Positions 8,207 through 19,385 of a DNA stretch of 64,000 nucleotides are shown piece after piece. Source of the DNA: an uncultured Gammaproteobacteria bacterium (lineage in GTDB: Bacteria > Pseudomonadota > Gammaproteobacteria > Steroidobacterales > Steroidobacteraceae). How positions within the stretch are numbered: position 1 is the first letter of the stretch; every line of letters begins with the position of its first letter. The translations under genes were made by a program, and so were the position numbers. A model generated the notes under the pieces. The model had not been told where the DNA came from. It saw nothing but the letters and a program-made list of their open reading frames with translations, and did no database searches. The stretch lies in assembly GCA_963766915.1 (NCBI GenBank), contig CAVYCL010000014.1, forward strand, positions 253,159 to 317,158, read 5' to 3'.

Positions 8207-9370
8207 ATGAGCGCCGAGTCGCTGCCGCTCACGCTGTACGTGCACATGCCGTGGTGCGTGCGCAAATGCCCGTACTGCGATTTCAATTCGCATCAGCTCA
8301 AGTCCGCCGCTCCGTCCGGCGACTACATCGACGCCTTGATCCGCGACTTCGAGGCGGAGCTTGCGGATATCGGCGCTCGCCCGATCGAGTCCATTTTCTT
8401 CGGCGGCGGCACACCGAGCCTGTTCGCGCCCGAGGCCTTTGCGCGGTTGCTGCAGGCATTCGCCTCGCGCAGCCGCGTCGCCGCCGATGCCGAGGTGACG
8501 CTCGAGGCCAACCCCGGCACCATCGAGCGCGGCCGCTTCGCCGGCTACCGCGACGCCGGCATCAATCGTGTGTCGCTCGGCGCGCAGACTTTCGCCGCGG
8601 CTGCGCTCGAGCGGCTCGGCCGCATCCATAGCCCCGAGGACACGCTACCGCGCCGTGGAGGAGCTGCGCGCGGCCGGGCTCGACAATTTCAACCTCGATC
8701 TCATGTACGCGCTGCCGGAGCAGACGCTCGAGCAAGCGCTCGAGGACGTGCGCCGCGCCTGCGCGCTGGCGCCCGCGCACATCTCGCATTACCAGCTCAC
8801 GCTCGAGCCGGGCACGGTGTTTCACAGTCGTCCCCCGCCGCTTGCCGGACGAGGACATCGCGTTGCGGATGCAGACCGAATCCCAGGCGCTGCTCGCCCA
8901 AGAGGGCTTCGAGCAATACGAGGTATCCGCCTACGCGCGTGAGGGCGCGCGTTGCCGGCACAACCTCAATTACTGGCGGTTCGGCGACTACGTGGGCATC
9001 GGCGCGGGCGCCCACGGCAAAATCACGGCGAGCCTGCCGCACGGGGTCCAGCGAACGGAAAAAGCCAAGCAGCCCCGCGACCTACCTCGAGCAGCTCGGC
9101 GCAGCGCCGGGCAGAGGCTCCAACGGGGAGCGAAAAGCGGTGGCCGCGGGCGATCTTCCCTTCGAATTCATGCTGAACGCGCTGCGACTCAACGAGGGTT
9201 TCGCGCTCGCGGACTTCGAGTCGCGCACCGGACTCGATGCGAGCGCCGTCGAGCCCGGGTTGCGCGCGGCGCTGGCACGCGGCCTGATCGAGTTCGCCGA
9301 GCCCCGATGGCGGGCGAGCGGGCTCGGGCGGCGCTTCCTAAACGATTTGCAGGCCGGTTTCCTGCCATGA
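8207..9370 (+). CDS. hemW: radical SAM heme chaperone HemW (YggW), with three apparent +1 frameshifts near 8640, 8835 and 9075
   Basis: YVHMPWCVRKCPYCDFNS (radical SAM CxxxCxxC) and GGGTPS are followed by conserved segments in successive frames: NFNLDLMYALPEQT; HISHYQLTLEPGT; YEVSAYAREGARCRHNLNYW. The reading then returns to the original frame. It follows rdgB as in other proteobacteria. Confidence 0.8.
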   Translation: MSAESLPLTLYVHMPWCVRKCPYCDFNSHQLKSAAPSGDYIDALIRDFEAELADIGARPIESIFFGGGTPSLFAPEAFARLLQAFASRSRVAADAEVTLEANPGTIERGRFAGYRDAGINRVSLGAQTFAAAALERLGRIHSPEDTLPRRGGAARGRARQFQPRSHVRAAGADARASARGRAPRLRAGARAHLALPAHARAGHGVSQSSPAACRTRTSRCGCRPNPRRCSPKRASSNTRYPPTRVRARVAGTTSITGGSATTWASARAPTAKSRRACRTGSSERKKPSSPATYLEQLGAAPGRGSNGERKAVAAGDLPFEFMLNALRLNEGFALADFESRTGLDASAVEPGLRAALARGLIEFAEPRWRASGLGRRFLNDLQAGFLP

Positions 9371-9548
9371 GCTTATGCACACCGGCCGCCGTGCCCCGCG
9401 CAAAGGGGTACCTACAGCACATTGCGTCTGCAATAGGTCAGGTGCATCTCGTAAGTGATTGATAAAATTAGGCAAAACTGCTTGTCTATTTTTTGACCAA
9501 GTTAACATTTAGTCGTATTTCATGCAGATGAACGCCGCATGACAACAG

Positions 9549-9583
9549 CCGTCCACAGACTTATCCACAGATTTTGTGGACAA
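9549..9583. promoter_or_regulatory. cluster of three DnaA-box-like 9-mers
   Basis: CCGTCCACA (9549-9557) and TTATCCACA (9561-9569, perfect consensus) point one way. TGTGGACAA (9575-9583) is the complement of TTGTCCACA and points the other way. An unusually AT-rich tract lies just upstream at about 9440-9535. Confidence 0.5.
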
Positions 9584-9768
9584 AGAAGGCGCCGGGGCGG
9601 GGCGCCGGAGCCCATCCGGGGGCGTTGCGAGAAATGCTTGTTGGTGGGGGCGCTTTGAGCTAAGGTACGCGGCCCTCGATTTCGAGGGACCCGGCGTGGC
9701 GGTGCGCTTCCTTGAAAAAGCACGTTCAAGGACCCATCGATTCTGCCTAAACACGAGTCGAGGTTCAC

Positions 9769-9984
9769 ATGAAAGCCGCCATCCATCCCGAATATCAAGA
9801 GATCAACGTGACCTGCACCTGCGGGAACGCGTTCAAGACCCGCTCGACCATCGGTCATGACCTGCAGGTCGAGGTCTGCTCCAACTGCCATCCTTTTTAC
9901 ACCGGCAAGCAGAAGGTCGTCGACACCGGCGGTCGCGTGGACAAGTTCCGCAAGAAGTACGCCGCGCAGCAGGCCAAGGCGTAG
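9769..9984 (+). CDS. rpmE: 50S ribosomal protein L31 (Zn-ribbon type)
   Basis: [35 protein letters not shown]. Confidence 0.95.
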   Translation: MKAAIHPEYQEINVTCTCGNAFKTRSTIGHDLQVEVCSNCHPFYTGKQKVVDTGGRVDKFRKKYAAQQAKA

Positions 9985-10032
9985 CCGATCCCGCCCGCGC
10001 CTCACCGAGGCGCGATCGTTCCTCGAGCCCGA

Positions 10033-10055
10033 GACGCCGCGCCCGGCGCGGCGTC
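10033..10055 (+). terminator. GC-rich hairpin downstream of rpmE (no clear U-tract)
   Basis: GACGCCGCGC-CCG-GCGCGGCGTC forms a perfect 10-bp stem. Confidence 0.35.
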
Positions 10056-10157
10056 CTCGTCGATTCGCGCGTGCGCTGGGATGCGCGTGCTTGATTCATT
10101 CCATCGGCCGTGCAAGGCTTCCGGGCCACATCAATAGGGCAAGCCGGTAGCGAGTGT

Positions 10158-11450
10158 ATGGGCACGAAATACGAGTTGAAGAATCTTTCCTCCGGCAAGA
10201 CGGCCTCGCTGAACGCGTTGGCCGGCACCATCGGCCCGGAATGCCTGGATATTTCGCACGTCACCCGCGACCTCGGCATATTCACCTTCGATCCCGGGTT
10301 CATGGCCACCGCGAGCACGGAAAGCAAGATCACCTACATCGACGGCGATGAGGGCGTACTGCTCTACCGCGGCTATCCGGTGGAGCAGCTGGCGGAGAAA
10401 TCCTGTTTCCTGGAAGTCGCGTACCTGCTGATCAACGGCAGCTTGCCCGACAAGGCGCAGCTGCAGGCGTTCAACTCCTCGATCACGCGCCACACCATGG
10501 TGAACGAGCAGCTGCTCAGCTTCTTCGAGGGCTTCCATCACGACGCCCATCCGATGGCGATGGTTTCGGCGGTGGTCGCGTCCATGGCGGCGTTCTACCA
10601 GGACAGCACGGACATCAACGATCCGCGCCACCGGGAGATCTTCGCCCATCGCATCATCGCCAAGCTGCCGACCATCGCAGCCGCCGCCTACAAGCACACG
10701 CTCGGCCAGCCGTTCATCTATCCGCGCAACGATCTGCGTTATTGCGCGAATATGCTCAACATGTTCTTCGCGGTGCCGTGCGAGCCGTACGCGATCGACC
10801 CGGTGGCGGCGGAAGCCATGGATCTGTTGTTCATCCTGCACGCCGACCACGAGCAGAACGCGAGCACCTCGACGGTGCGCCTCGCCGGAAGCACGGGGGC
10901 GAATCCGTATGCCGCGATCTCTGCCGGCGTATCCGCGCTGTGGGGGCCGGCGCACGGCGGTGCCAACGAGGCCGTGCTCAACATGCTGGACGGCATCGGC
11001 TCGGCGGCTCAAATCGACAAGTTCCTGGCGCGCGTCAAGGACAAGTCGGACAGCGTCCGGCTGATGGGATTCGGCCACCGCGTATACAAGAACTTCGATC
11101 CGCGCGCGAAGATCATCCGCGAAATGTGCTACCGCGTGCTCGAGAAGCTCGGCAAGGGCGACAATCCGCTGTTCGATCTGGCACTCAAGCTCGAGGAGAT
11201 TGCGCTCAAGGACGAGTACTTCGTGTCGCGCAAGCTCTATCCGAACGTGGACTTCTATTCCGGCATCATCTACAGCGCGCTCGGCATACCGAGATCGATG
11301 TTCACCGTGCTGTTCGCCATTGCACGCACCGCGGGCTGGGTGGCGCATTGGCAGGAAATGGTCTCCGATCCCCACATGCGTATCGGACGGCCGCGGCAGC
11401 TCTACACCGGCCCCACACAGCGGGACTATCGCTCGATCGACAAGCGCTGA
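10158..11450 (+). CDS. gltA: citrate synthase (type II)
   Basis: [83 protein letters not shown]. Confidence 0.95.
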   Translation: MGTKYELKNLSSGKTASLNALAGTIGPECLDISHVTRDLGIFTFDPGFMATASTESKITYIDGDEGVLLYRGYPVEQLAEKSCFLEVAYLLINGSLPDKAQLQAFNSSITRHTMVNEQLLSFFEGFHHDAHPMAMVSAVVASMAAFYQDSTDINDPRHREIFAHRIIAKLPTIAAAAYKHTLGQPFIYPRNDLRYCANMLNMFFAVPCEPYAIDPVAAEAMDLLFILHADHEQNASTSTVRLAGSTGANPYAAISAGVSALWGPAHGGANEAVLNMLDGIGSAAQIDKFLARVKDKSDSVRLMGFGHRVYKNFDPRAKIIREMCYRVLEKLGKGDNPLFDLALKLEEIALKDEYFVSRKLYPNVDFYSGIIYSALGIPRSMFTVLFAIARTAGWVAHWQEMVSDPHMRIGRPRQLYTGPTQRDYRSIDKR

Positions 11451-13142
11451 TGCCGTTGCGCGACATGGTGCGGCGGCCGGCGTGCGCGACCCGTGCGGCA
11501 GCACGCGTGGCCGTGGCTGCGGCAGGGATGCTGCTCGGCATCGCGGCGGCGCTCGCCGCACCGGCTGCGCCCGACGAGCCGCCGGCAAGCGCGCCGTCCG
11601 CGGCGCCAGCGCGCACGTATTGCGCGGACAAGGACACCCCCATCGCGCTCGGCAGCGCCCAGTGGAACGGCTGGGGCCACGGTCCCGACAACACGCGCTA
11701 CCAGCCCGAGCCCGCCATCCGGGCGACCGATGTTCCGAAGCTCGCGCTCAAGTGGGCCTTCGGCTATGCGGGCAGCGCGGGCGGTGGGCAGCCCACCCTG
11801 GTCGACGGACGGCTGTTCGTCGCGAGCGCCGCCGGCCGCATCTATTCCCTCGATGCGAAGAGCGCATGCATCTATTGGACCTATGACGCGGGCGCCGGGG
11901 TGCACACCGGCATCTCCATCGCGGAGCTGTCCGCGCCGCGCCACGGTGCGCCTTCCAAACAAACGAAGATGGGCAAGCACAAGATGACCAACGCGCACCT
12001 CGAGGTCATCAAGGCGCCGTGCGCGGCCTTGTTCGGCGACGACAAGGGCGCGGTGTACGCGCTCGATGCGCAGACCGGGGCGTTGCTGTGGAAGACCCAG
12101 GTCGAGTCGCACCCGCTCGCGCGCATCGAAGGGTCGACGCTCCATCTCGCCCGTCTGTACGTGGCGGTGGGCTCGAGCGAAACCGAGGCGGCCCGCAATC
12201 CGGGGTACGGCTGCTGCACGTTTCGCGGCAGTGTCGCGGCGCTCGACGTCGCGAACGGCCGTATCGAATGGAAGAGCTATCTGGTGCGCGAGGAGCCGCA
12301 GGCGGTGAGCAGCGCCGGCGGCGCCGCGCGCTTCGCGCCGGCCGGAGTCCCGGCGGAGGGGGCGCCCACCGTGGATGTGACGAGGAGCCTCTTATACGTA
12401 GCCACGGGAGATTCTGCCGACCCGGCGCGACCGCAGCCGTTGGCGGATGCGGTGGTCGCGTTAGGTCTCGCGGATGGCAAGGTGCAGTGGTCGCGGCAGC
12501 TCCCCTCGCCGCAAGCCGGCCTCGAACGCCTCGAGGGCCCGGCCGTGCTGCGCACGCCCGCGACCGGTCGGGAGACGATCCTCGCGAGCCAGCGCTCCGG
12601 CATGGTCTACGCCCTCGATCCGGAGCGCGCGGGCGAGGTGCTCTGGCAACTGCAGGCGGCCGCCCCGGACGCGCCGGGCGGCAGCAGCGCCGGGCGCGGC
12701 TGCGGATCATCGCAGTATCTACGTCCCGATCTCGGGACTCGAAGCACAGCCGCCCAATGAGGCGGGGAGCCTCACCGCCGTCGACATCAAGGCCGGAACG
12801 AAGCGCTGGCACATGCCTTCGCCCGTGCCGGCGTGCAGCTGGGGAGCGGCGAGCGCCTGCGCGCACGCGCAAGCACAACCGGTCACGGTGATTCCCGGCG
12901 CCGCGTTCTCGGGCTCGATGGATGGGCACCTGCGGGCCTATTCGACCATCGACGGCAAGATTCTCTGGGATTACGACACGGCCAAGGACTATCGCACCGC
13001 GAATCAGGTCAATGCCACCGGCGGATCGTTGCAGGCGGGCGGCGCGATCATCGTGAATGGCGTCGTGTACGTGAATTCCGGCGCCGCTGACCCGGGGCAG
13101 CCGGGCAACGTGCTTCTCGCTTTCTCGGTCGACGGAAAATAA
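11450..13142 (+). CDS. PQQ-binding-like beta-propeller protein (PQQ-dehydrogenase / polyvinyl-alcohol dehydrogenase-like), with an apparent frameshift near 12695
   Basis: Signal-peptide-like N-terminus; repeated ..G.VYALDA.TG..LW.. propeller motifs; the C-terminus continues in the +1 frame (..SIYVPISG..LTAVDIKAGTKRW..HLRAYSTIDGKILW..). Its ATG overlaps the gltA stop (TGATG). Confidence 0.7.
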
Positions 13143-13144
13143 GG

Positions 13145-14692
13145 ATGAAACCGATGCGTCTTCTCTCGCGGCTGGTAGGTCTCGGACTGTGCATGCTCGC
13201 GATCGGCGTGCCGCTGTCGGTGCGCGCCGCAGAGAAGCATGCCGCAAGCGAGCCGCCCGCCATCGAGAACTCCGTGGTCAAGATCTTCGCCACCATGCGC
13301 TATCCGGATCCGTTCAAGCCTTGGACCAAACAGGCGCCCACGGAGGTGAGTGCCTCCGGGGTGGTCATCGAGGGCAAGCGCATACTGACCAACGCGCACG
13401 TCGTGCTCTACGCGACGCAGGTGCAGGTCCAGGCCAATGCCACGGGCGACAAACTGTCGGCGACCGTCGTGGCCGTCGCGCCGGGCATCGATCTCGCCGT
13501 CCTGCAACTCGACGACGCCGGCTTCTTCGACACGCATCCGGCGCTGGCGCGCGCGAGCGAGCTGCCGCGCATCAAGGACGCAGTGCTCGCCTACGGCTTT
13601 CCGACCGGAGGCACCTCGCTTTCCATCACCAAGGGCATCGTGTCGCGCATCGAGTTCGTCTCCTACAACTTCCCGGTGTCGGGGCTGCGCATTCAAGTCG
13701 ATGCCGCGATCAATCCGGGCAACAGCGGCGGTCCGGCGATCGCCGGCGACAAGATGATCGGTCTCGCCTTCTCGAAGCTCGGCGGCGACACGCAGAACAT
13801 CGGCTACATCATTCCCAATGAAGAGGTGGAGCTGTTCCTGAAGGACATCGCCGACGGCCACTACGACGGCAAGCCGGCGATGTACGACGACCTGCAGACG
13901 CTCGAGAATCCGGCGCTGCGCGAGTATCTGAAGCTCGACAAATCGGTCGAGGGCATGATCGTGCACCGGCCCTACAAAGAGACCGCCGACTATCCTCTCA
14001 AGGAGTGGGACGTGATCACGCACATCGGCGACACGCCCATCGACAACCAGGGAATGATCAAGCTCGACAAGGATTTGCGCGTGCACTTCGCCTACAAGGT
14101 CCAGCATGTCGCCAAGAACGGCGCACTGCCGCTGACCGTGGTGCGCGCCGGCAAGGTGATGAAGATCGAGCTTCCCGTCTCGAGCGAGCGGCCGACGCTG
14201 GTCGGCGATCTGCATGGCACCTATCCGCCTTACTTCATCTACGGACCCATGGTGTTCTCGACCGCCACGTGGCAGTTCATCTCCGGCTTGCAGGGTAGCG
14301 GCGCTGGCGCCGCGCGCGCGCTCGGTTTCATGAAGAGTCCGCTGGTCACGCGCGCGTTCGATCCGCCCGACGCGGAAAATCAGGAGCTGGTGGTGGTCTC
14401 ATCGCCGTTCTTTCCCAACAAGCTGGTGAACGGTTACTCGAGCCCCGCCGGCTCGGTGGTGAGTTCCGTCAACGGCACGCACATCAAGAGCCTTGCGCAC
14501 CTGGTGGCGGTGCTGCGCGACCTGAAAGATCCGTTCGTCACCTTCGAGTTCGACCAAAGAGGCGGCGAGGGGTTGGTGTTCTCGCGCGCTGCGATGGCGG
14601 CGTCCACGGACGACATCCTCACCGACAACGGCGTGCGCGCGCAGGGCTCGCCCGACATGCTCGCCATCTGGCAGGGCAAGGCGCCGAACTAA
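13145..14692 (+). CDS. secreted trypsin-like (S1C, Deg/HtrA-like) serine protease
   Basis: Signal peptide, catalytic triad contexts TNAHVV / DLAVLQL / GNSGGP, and a long C-terminal extension. The 515-aa ORF is intact. Confidence 0.85.
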   Translation: MKPMRLLSRLVGLGLCMLAIGVPLSVRAAEKHAASEPPAIENSVVKIFATMRYPDPFKPWTKQAPTEVSASGVVIEGKRILTNAHVVLYATQVQVQANATGDKLSATVVAVAPGIDLAVLQLDDAGFFDTHPALARASELPRIKDAVLAYGFPTGGTSLSITKGIVSRIEFVSYNFPVSGLRIQVDAAINPGNSGGPAIAGDKMIGLAFSKLGGDTQNIGYIIPNEEVELFLKDIADGHYDGKPAMYDDLQTLENPALREYLKLDKSVEGMIVHRPYKETADYPLKEWDVITHIGDTPIDNQGMIKLDKDLRVHFAYKVQHVAKNGALPLTVVRAGKVMKIELPVSSERPTLVGDLHGTYPPYFIYGPMVFSTATWQFISGLQGSGAGAARALGFMKSPLVTRAFDPPDAENQELVVVSSPFFPNKLVNGYSSPAGSVVSSVNGTHIKSLAHLVAVLRDLKDPFVTFEFDQRGGEGLVFSRAAMAASTDDILTDNGVRAQGSPDMLAIWQGKAPN

Positions 14693-15933
14693 CCGAGCGC
14701 TTCGACCGCCCCGATGATCGCGCCGTACACCCGCTCGAGATCGTCCGCCGTGACGCAGTACGGCGGCAGCACGTAGAGGGTGTTGCCGAGAGGTCGCAGC
14801 AGCACTTCGCCCGGCTGCAACGATGCCGCGAGCCGCGGCCCGATCGCGGCGAAATAGCCCGGGTCGGGCGAGCGCACGTCCAGGGCCGTGATGGTGCCCG
14901 TCTGGCGCACGCGCTCGAAGCGCGCATCGTCGCGGAACCGCTCGAGGTGCCGGGCTTGCATCGCCTCGAGCGCCGCGATGCGCGCGAGCACGGGCTCGGA
15001 CTCCCAGATCTCGAGGTTGGCGAGCGCCGCGGCGCAGGCGATCGGATTGGCCGTGAACGAGCTCGAGTGAAAAAAGGTGCGCCGCCGGTCGGGGGCATAG
15101 TGGGCGGCGAAAATCTCACGGCGACAGAGCGTCACCGCGAGCGGCAACGAGCCGCCGGTGAGGCCCTTGGAATAGCAGGCGATGTCGGGCGAGATGCCGG
15201 CCTGCTCGCAGGCGAACATGGTGCCGGTGCGGCCCCAGCCGGTCATCACCTCGTCGGCGATGAAAAGCACGCCGTGGCGCGCGCAGATGTCGCGGAGCTC
15301 CGCGAGCACCGCCGGCGGATACATGAGCATGCCGCCGGCCCCGAGCACCAGAGGCTCGACGATGAGCGCGGCGGCTTGGCCGGACCTGCACTCGGCCTCG
15401 AGCGCGTCGAACGTGACGGCCTCGCGTCCCGCCGCCGGAAACGGAATGCGTCCGACGTCGAACAACAGCGGCTCGTACGCCTCGGTGAACGGGCCGCGCT
15501 CGCCCACCGACATGGTGCCGACCGTGTCGCCGTGATAGCTGTGCTCCATCACGAGGATCCGCTGGCGCGGCTCGCCGCTGTGGCGCCAAAACCCAAGCGC
15601 CATCTTCAGCGCGACTTCGACGCTGGTCGAGCCGCTGTCGGAGAAAAAGACATGGGCGAGGCCGGGCGGTGCCACCGCGAGCAGCTTCGCGGCCAGCCTC
15701 TCGGCCGGTTCGTGGGTGTACTCGGCGAAGATCACCTGGTCGAGCGTCTCGGCGGCGGCGCGAATGGCGGCGATGATGCGTGGGTGCCGATGCCCGTGAG
15801 TGATCACCCACCAGGACGAGATGGCGTCGACGATGCGCCGGCCGTCGGCGGTGAAGATATAGGCGCCCTCGGTGCGCACCGCCTCGGGAAATCCCGCTCG
15901 CAGCGCATGCTGAGTGAACGGGTGCCAGATCAT
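14689..15933 (-). CDS. bioA: adenosylmethionine-8-amino-7-oxononanoate aminotransferase
   Basis: MIWHPFTQH..SSWWVITHGHRHP..FSDSGSTSVEVALKMA..FIADEVMTGWGRTG..SKGLTGG. Last gene of the bio operon. Confidence 0.9.
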   Translation of the reverse strand: MIWHPFTQHALRAGFPEAVRTEGAYIFTADGRRIVDAISSWWVITHGHRHPRIIAAIRAAAETLDQVIFAEYTHEPAERLAAKLLAVAPPGLAHVFFSDSGSTSVEVALKMALGFWRHSGEPRQRILVMEHSYHGDTVGTMSVGERGPFTEAYEPLLFDVGRIPFPAAGREAVTFDALEAECRSGQAAALIVEPLVLGAGGMLMYPPAVLAELRDICARHGVLFIADEVMTGWGRTGTMFACEQAGISPDIACYSKGLTGGSLPLAVTLCRREIFAAHYAPDRRRTFFHSSSFTANPIACAAALANLEIWESEPVLARIAALEAMQARHLERFRDDARFERVRQTGTITALDVRSPDPGYFAAIGPRLAASLQPGEVLLRPLGNTLYVLPPYCVTADDLERVYGAIIGAVEALG

Positions 15934-15959
15934 CGGGCCGGCATCGCCCTTCGAGGGGG

Positions 15960-16616
15960 TCACCGCCGTGCGTCGCTGCGTGAGGCAGGACTCGAGAACG
16001 CCTGCCGGTCGAACGCTCGCTCGAACGCGGCGGCGAGCGCCCGCGGCGTCAGCGGATCGAGATGCGGCAAGCGGCCGAGCACGGGCACCGCGCCCATTGT
16101 CCCGATGATGCGCTCGTTCTCCGGATGCGCGTCGCCGATGAAGGCGACGCCAAGCAAGGGGATCGCGCGCCGGCGCAGTGCCTCGATCGACAGGAGCGTG
16201 TGATTGATCGTGCCGAGGCGCGTGCGCGCGCACAGCACCACGGGGGCGCCCCAGCGGGCGATGACGTCGATCACGAGCGTGCGCCGCGTGAGGGGCACCA
16301 TCAGTCCGCCCGCGCCCTCGACCACGAGGCATCGGTCCGAGGCGGGCAGGACCAGCGCGTCCGGGTCGATCTCGACGCCGTCGATGTCGGCGGCCAAGTG
16401 CGGCGAGGCGGGCGTGCGCAACGACCAAGCCTCCGGCAGCACGCGCTCGGCGGGGAGATCCGCAAGGCGGCGTACGGTCTGCGAATCGGTCTCGCCGGCA
16501 AGGCCGGCCTGCACCGGCTTCCAGTAGGTCGCGTCGAGGAATCGTGTGAGTCCCGCGCAGAACACCGTCTTGCCGACGTCGGTGTCCGTGCCGGTGACGA
16601 CGAGCGCCGCGCTCAT
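15960..16616 (-). CDS. bioD: dethiobiotin synthetase
   Basis: [23 protein letters not shown]...[12 protein letters not shown]. Its start overlaps the bioF stop. Confidence 0.9.
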   Translation of the reverse strand: MSAALVVTGTDTDVGKTVFCAGLTRFLDATYWKPVQAGLAGETDSQTVRRLADLPAERVLPEAWSLRTPASPHLAADIDGVEIDPDALVLPASDRCLVVEGAGGLMVPLTRRTLVIDVIARWGAPVVLCARTRLGTINHTLLSIEALRRRAIPLLGVAFIGDAHPENERIIGTMGAVPVLGRLPHLDPLTPRALAAAFERAFDRQAFSSPASRSDARR

Positions 16617-17759
16617 GCCGCGCGCACGCCCCGCTCTTCCGTGAGCGCCGCGAACAACGCCTCTACGGCTTGCTCCTCGACATTGAGCGTGATCGAGATG
16701 CGCAGGCGCGCCGTGCCCTCCGGCACGGTCGGCGGACGTACGGCGCGGACATCGAACCCACGCCGCTGCAGCCGAGCGGCCAGTGCAACGGCCGCCCGAT
16801 CCTCGCCGACGATGACGGGGAGAATCTGCGAGCCGGTCGGCGCCGCCGCGCCGCTTGCGAGCGCGGCGCGCCCGGCCACCGAGATCAAGTGCGCGAGCCG
16901 TTGGCGGCGTTCGGGTTCCTCTCTCAGAATCTCGAGCGCCTCGAGCGCGGCGACCGCCATCAGCGGCGAGGGTGCGGTCGCGTAGATGAAGGGCCTGCAG
17001 CGGTTGAGCAGAAACTCGCAGAGCACCCGCGGTGCGCAGATGAGCGCTCCGGCGCCCCCCAAGGCCTTGCCGCAGGTATGCAGCGTAATCACGTTGTCGC
17101 GGCCCTCGAGGCCCGCGGCGAGGCCGCGGCCGTCGGGTCCCCAAACGCCCGTGGCATGCGCCTCGTCGATGAGCAGCATGGCATCGTGCCGCTCGGCCAC
17201 CGCGACGAGCTCATCGAGCGGCGCGCGATCGCCGTCCATGCTGTAGAGGCTCTCGACCGCCAGCCAAACACGTCCTCGGCCGCCGCCGTCCCGCCAGGCG
17301 CGCACCGCGTCATCGAATGCGTCGGCATCATTGTGGGCGGCCCGCGTGAACTGCGCGCGCCCGGCACGCGCGCCCTCGCGGGCGCTCGCGTGCGCGAGCG
17401 CGTCGAGGACCAGAAGATCGTCGGATTGCGGCAGCGTCGACGAGCAGGGCGTAGTTCGCGACGTAGCCGCTGCCGAAGAACAGCGCCCGCTCGGCGTTAA
17501 AGAACGCCGCGGCGCGCGTCTCGAGGACCTCGTGCTCGGGCGCGTTGCCCCGCAACAATCTCGAGCCGCCCGCGCCCACGGGCGTGCCGCGCGCGATCGC
17601 GGCGGTCAGCGCGCGGCCGAGACGCGGCGAGGCCGCAAGCCCCAAGTAGTCGTTCGAGGTGAAGTCGAGCCCCTCGCGCGGAGCGAGCGAGCGCAGACGG
17701 CTCGATTCCGCGAGACCCTCGAGCGCCGCCCGATAGAGCTCGAGACCGGAGGCGGTCAC
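16613..17759 (-). CDS. bioF: 8-amino-7-oxononanoate synthase, with an apparent frameshift near 17441
   Basis: N-terminal frame ..[31 protein letters not shown], then an offset frame [45 protein letters not shown]. The GTG start overlaps the bioB stop (GTGA). Confidence 0.85.
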
Positions 17760-18757
17760 GGCAATGGCGGTTCCAGCGGCTTCAGCCCCAAACGCTTGAA
17801 TAACGCGCCATCGTGATCCTCGCTCGGATTGTCCGCGGTGAGCAGCGTATCGCCGACGAAAATGGAATTCGCGCCCGCAAAGAAGCACAGCGCCTGCAGC
17901 TCATCGCTCATGGCGGTGCGTCCGGCGGACAGCCGCACCATCGAGGTCGGCATGAGGATGCGGGCGAGCGCGATGGTGCGCACGAACTCGATCGGGTCGA
18001 GCGGCGGTGCCGCGGCGAGCGGCGTCCCCGGAATCGGGATCAGGCGGTTGATCGGCACGCTTTCCGGCGGCTCGGGAAGGTTGGCGAGCGCCACCAGGAA
18101 CGCGACGCGATCGACCGCCTCCTCGCCCATGCCGACGATGCCGCCGCAGCAGACTTTCATGCCCGACTCGCGCACGTGCTTCAAGGTGTCGAGACGGTCC
18201 GCCCAGGTGCGCGTCGTCGCGATCTGGCTGTAATAGCGCTCCGAGGTGTCGATGTTGTGGTTGTAGTAGTCGAGGCCGGCCTGCGCCAAGCGCTCCGCAT
18301 CGTTCGGCGTCAGCATGCCGAGCGTCATGCAAGTCTCGAGCCCCAAGGACTTGACCGCGCCGACCATGGCGGTGAGCCGGCCCATATCGCGTTCCTTCGG
18401 GCCGCGCCACGCGGCGCCCATGCAGTAGCGCGTCGCGCCCGCATCGCGCGCCTTGCGCGCCTCTGCGACCACCTCGTCGATTTCCATGAGCTTGGTGGCG
18501 CCGACGCCGCCGTCGTGGCGCGCGGATTGACTGCAGTAGCCGCAATCCTCCGGGCAGCCGCCGGTCTTGATGCTGAGCAGACGGCTGCGCTGTACGGCAT
18601 TCGGATCGAAGTGCAGGCGATGCACGCCGTGCGCGCGGAACAAGAGGTCCGCGAACGGCGCCTCGTAAAGGGCCTGGGCGTCGGCCATCGACCAGCGCGC
18701 CGGCGCGCCGGCAGGAGGTGCGGCTGAAATCCCGTCAGAGAGGGTGGTACCGATCAA
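17756..18757 (-). CDS. bioB: biotin synthase
   Basis: ..[61 protein letters not shown] start at 18757 lies 9 nt after the strong AAGGAGG site. Confidence 0.9.
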   Translation of the reverse strand: MIGTTLSDGISAAPPAGAPARWSMADAQALYEAPFADLLFRAHGVHRLHFDPNAVQRSRLLSIKTGGCPEDCGYCSQSARHDGGVGATKLMEIDEVVAEARKARDAGATRYCMGAAWRGPKERDMGRLTAMVGAVKSLGLETCMTLGMLTPNDAERLAQAGLDYYNHNIDTSERYYSQIATTRTWADRLDTLKHVRESGMKVCCGGIVGMGEEAVDRVAFLVALANLPEPPESVPINRLIPIPGTPLAAAPPLDPIEFVRTIALARILMPTSMVRLSAGRTAMSDELQALCFFAGANSIFVGDTLLTADNPSEDHDGALFKRLGLKPLEPPLP

Positions 18758-18771
18758 TTGAGGAAACCTCC

Positions 18772-19381
18772 TTAAGCGTCGATGAGATCCGAGACTTCGC
18801 GCGCGTCGGCCCGCTTCATGGGGCGGCCGTCGACGGGCGAATACGGTGCCTGGCGGATCCCGTCGATCGGGAACACGGTCGCGTCGACGGTGCGGCCGCC
18901 CGCCTCGAAGCGCAGCGCAGGGTAATTGATGCTGCGCTCGGCATCCATCTTGACGCGCCGCTCGTAGAACTGGTGCGGAACGCTCGATCTCGATGAGCCG
19001 TATCGCCACCGACTCCGAGCGGTCGGCAAACAGATGCAGGTTGATGTCGCTGTAGTCGGTGGCCGTGCCGGTGAGCACCGAGCCGACGAGGCGCGGCTGG
19101 AACTCCGCCAGCAGCCGCATGGTATCCAAGGCGATGCGCCGTTGCTCCTTGAGCGTATGACCGTGCGAGTCGCCGCCGAACAGGCGCTGATGGGCGCGCA
19201 GCGCCGCCTCGATCTCGACGTTCGACGGCAGCACCGACACCTCGTGCACGCCGAGCCGATCGGCGGCCTTGCGCTTCGCCTGCAGGAAGTCCTCGATGCC
19301 GTGCTCGGCCATGATGCGCGCAGCCTCTTGGGCCAGCGCGCGCCGCAGATCTTCGGCGCGCTGCGAATATCTCTTGGGCAT
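18772..19381 (-). CDS. conserved hypothetical protein (possible nucleotidyltransferase-fold), with an apparent frameshift near 18983
   Basis: [53 protein letters not shown].. continues in an offset frame as [28 protein letters not shown]... The family assignment is by recollection only. Confidence 0.5.
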
Positions 19382-19385
19382 GTTC

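Noticed and set aside
9430-9590. The chromosomal replication origin (oriC).
   Set aside because: There are only three DnaA boxes, with no GATC cluster or recognisable 13-mer-type unwinding repeats. No dnaA, dnaN, gidA or rpmH genes are nearby. A DnaA-regulatory site is the more conservative reading.
10131-11588. A 485-aa ORF antisense to gltA. Similar long shadow ORFs occur at 12009-13247, 13004-14215, 22318-23130, 25124-26272, 30806-31921, 32001-33044, 37453-39015, 47288-48364, 51760-53055, 59329-60603 and 60170-61207.
   Set aside because: Their translations are Arg/Ala/Gly/His/Asp-rich with no recognisable motifs. In each case the opposite strand encodes a textbook protein (citrate synthase, protease, PilM, PilQ, dgt, hemE, ybbP, helicase, ABC exporter, TrpB/TrpA). 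Long stop-free antisense frames are expected in high-GC DNA.
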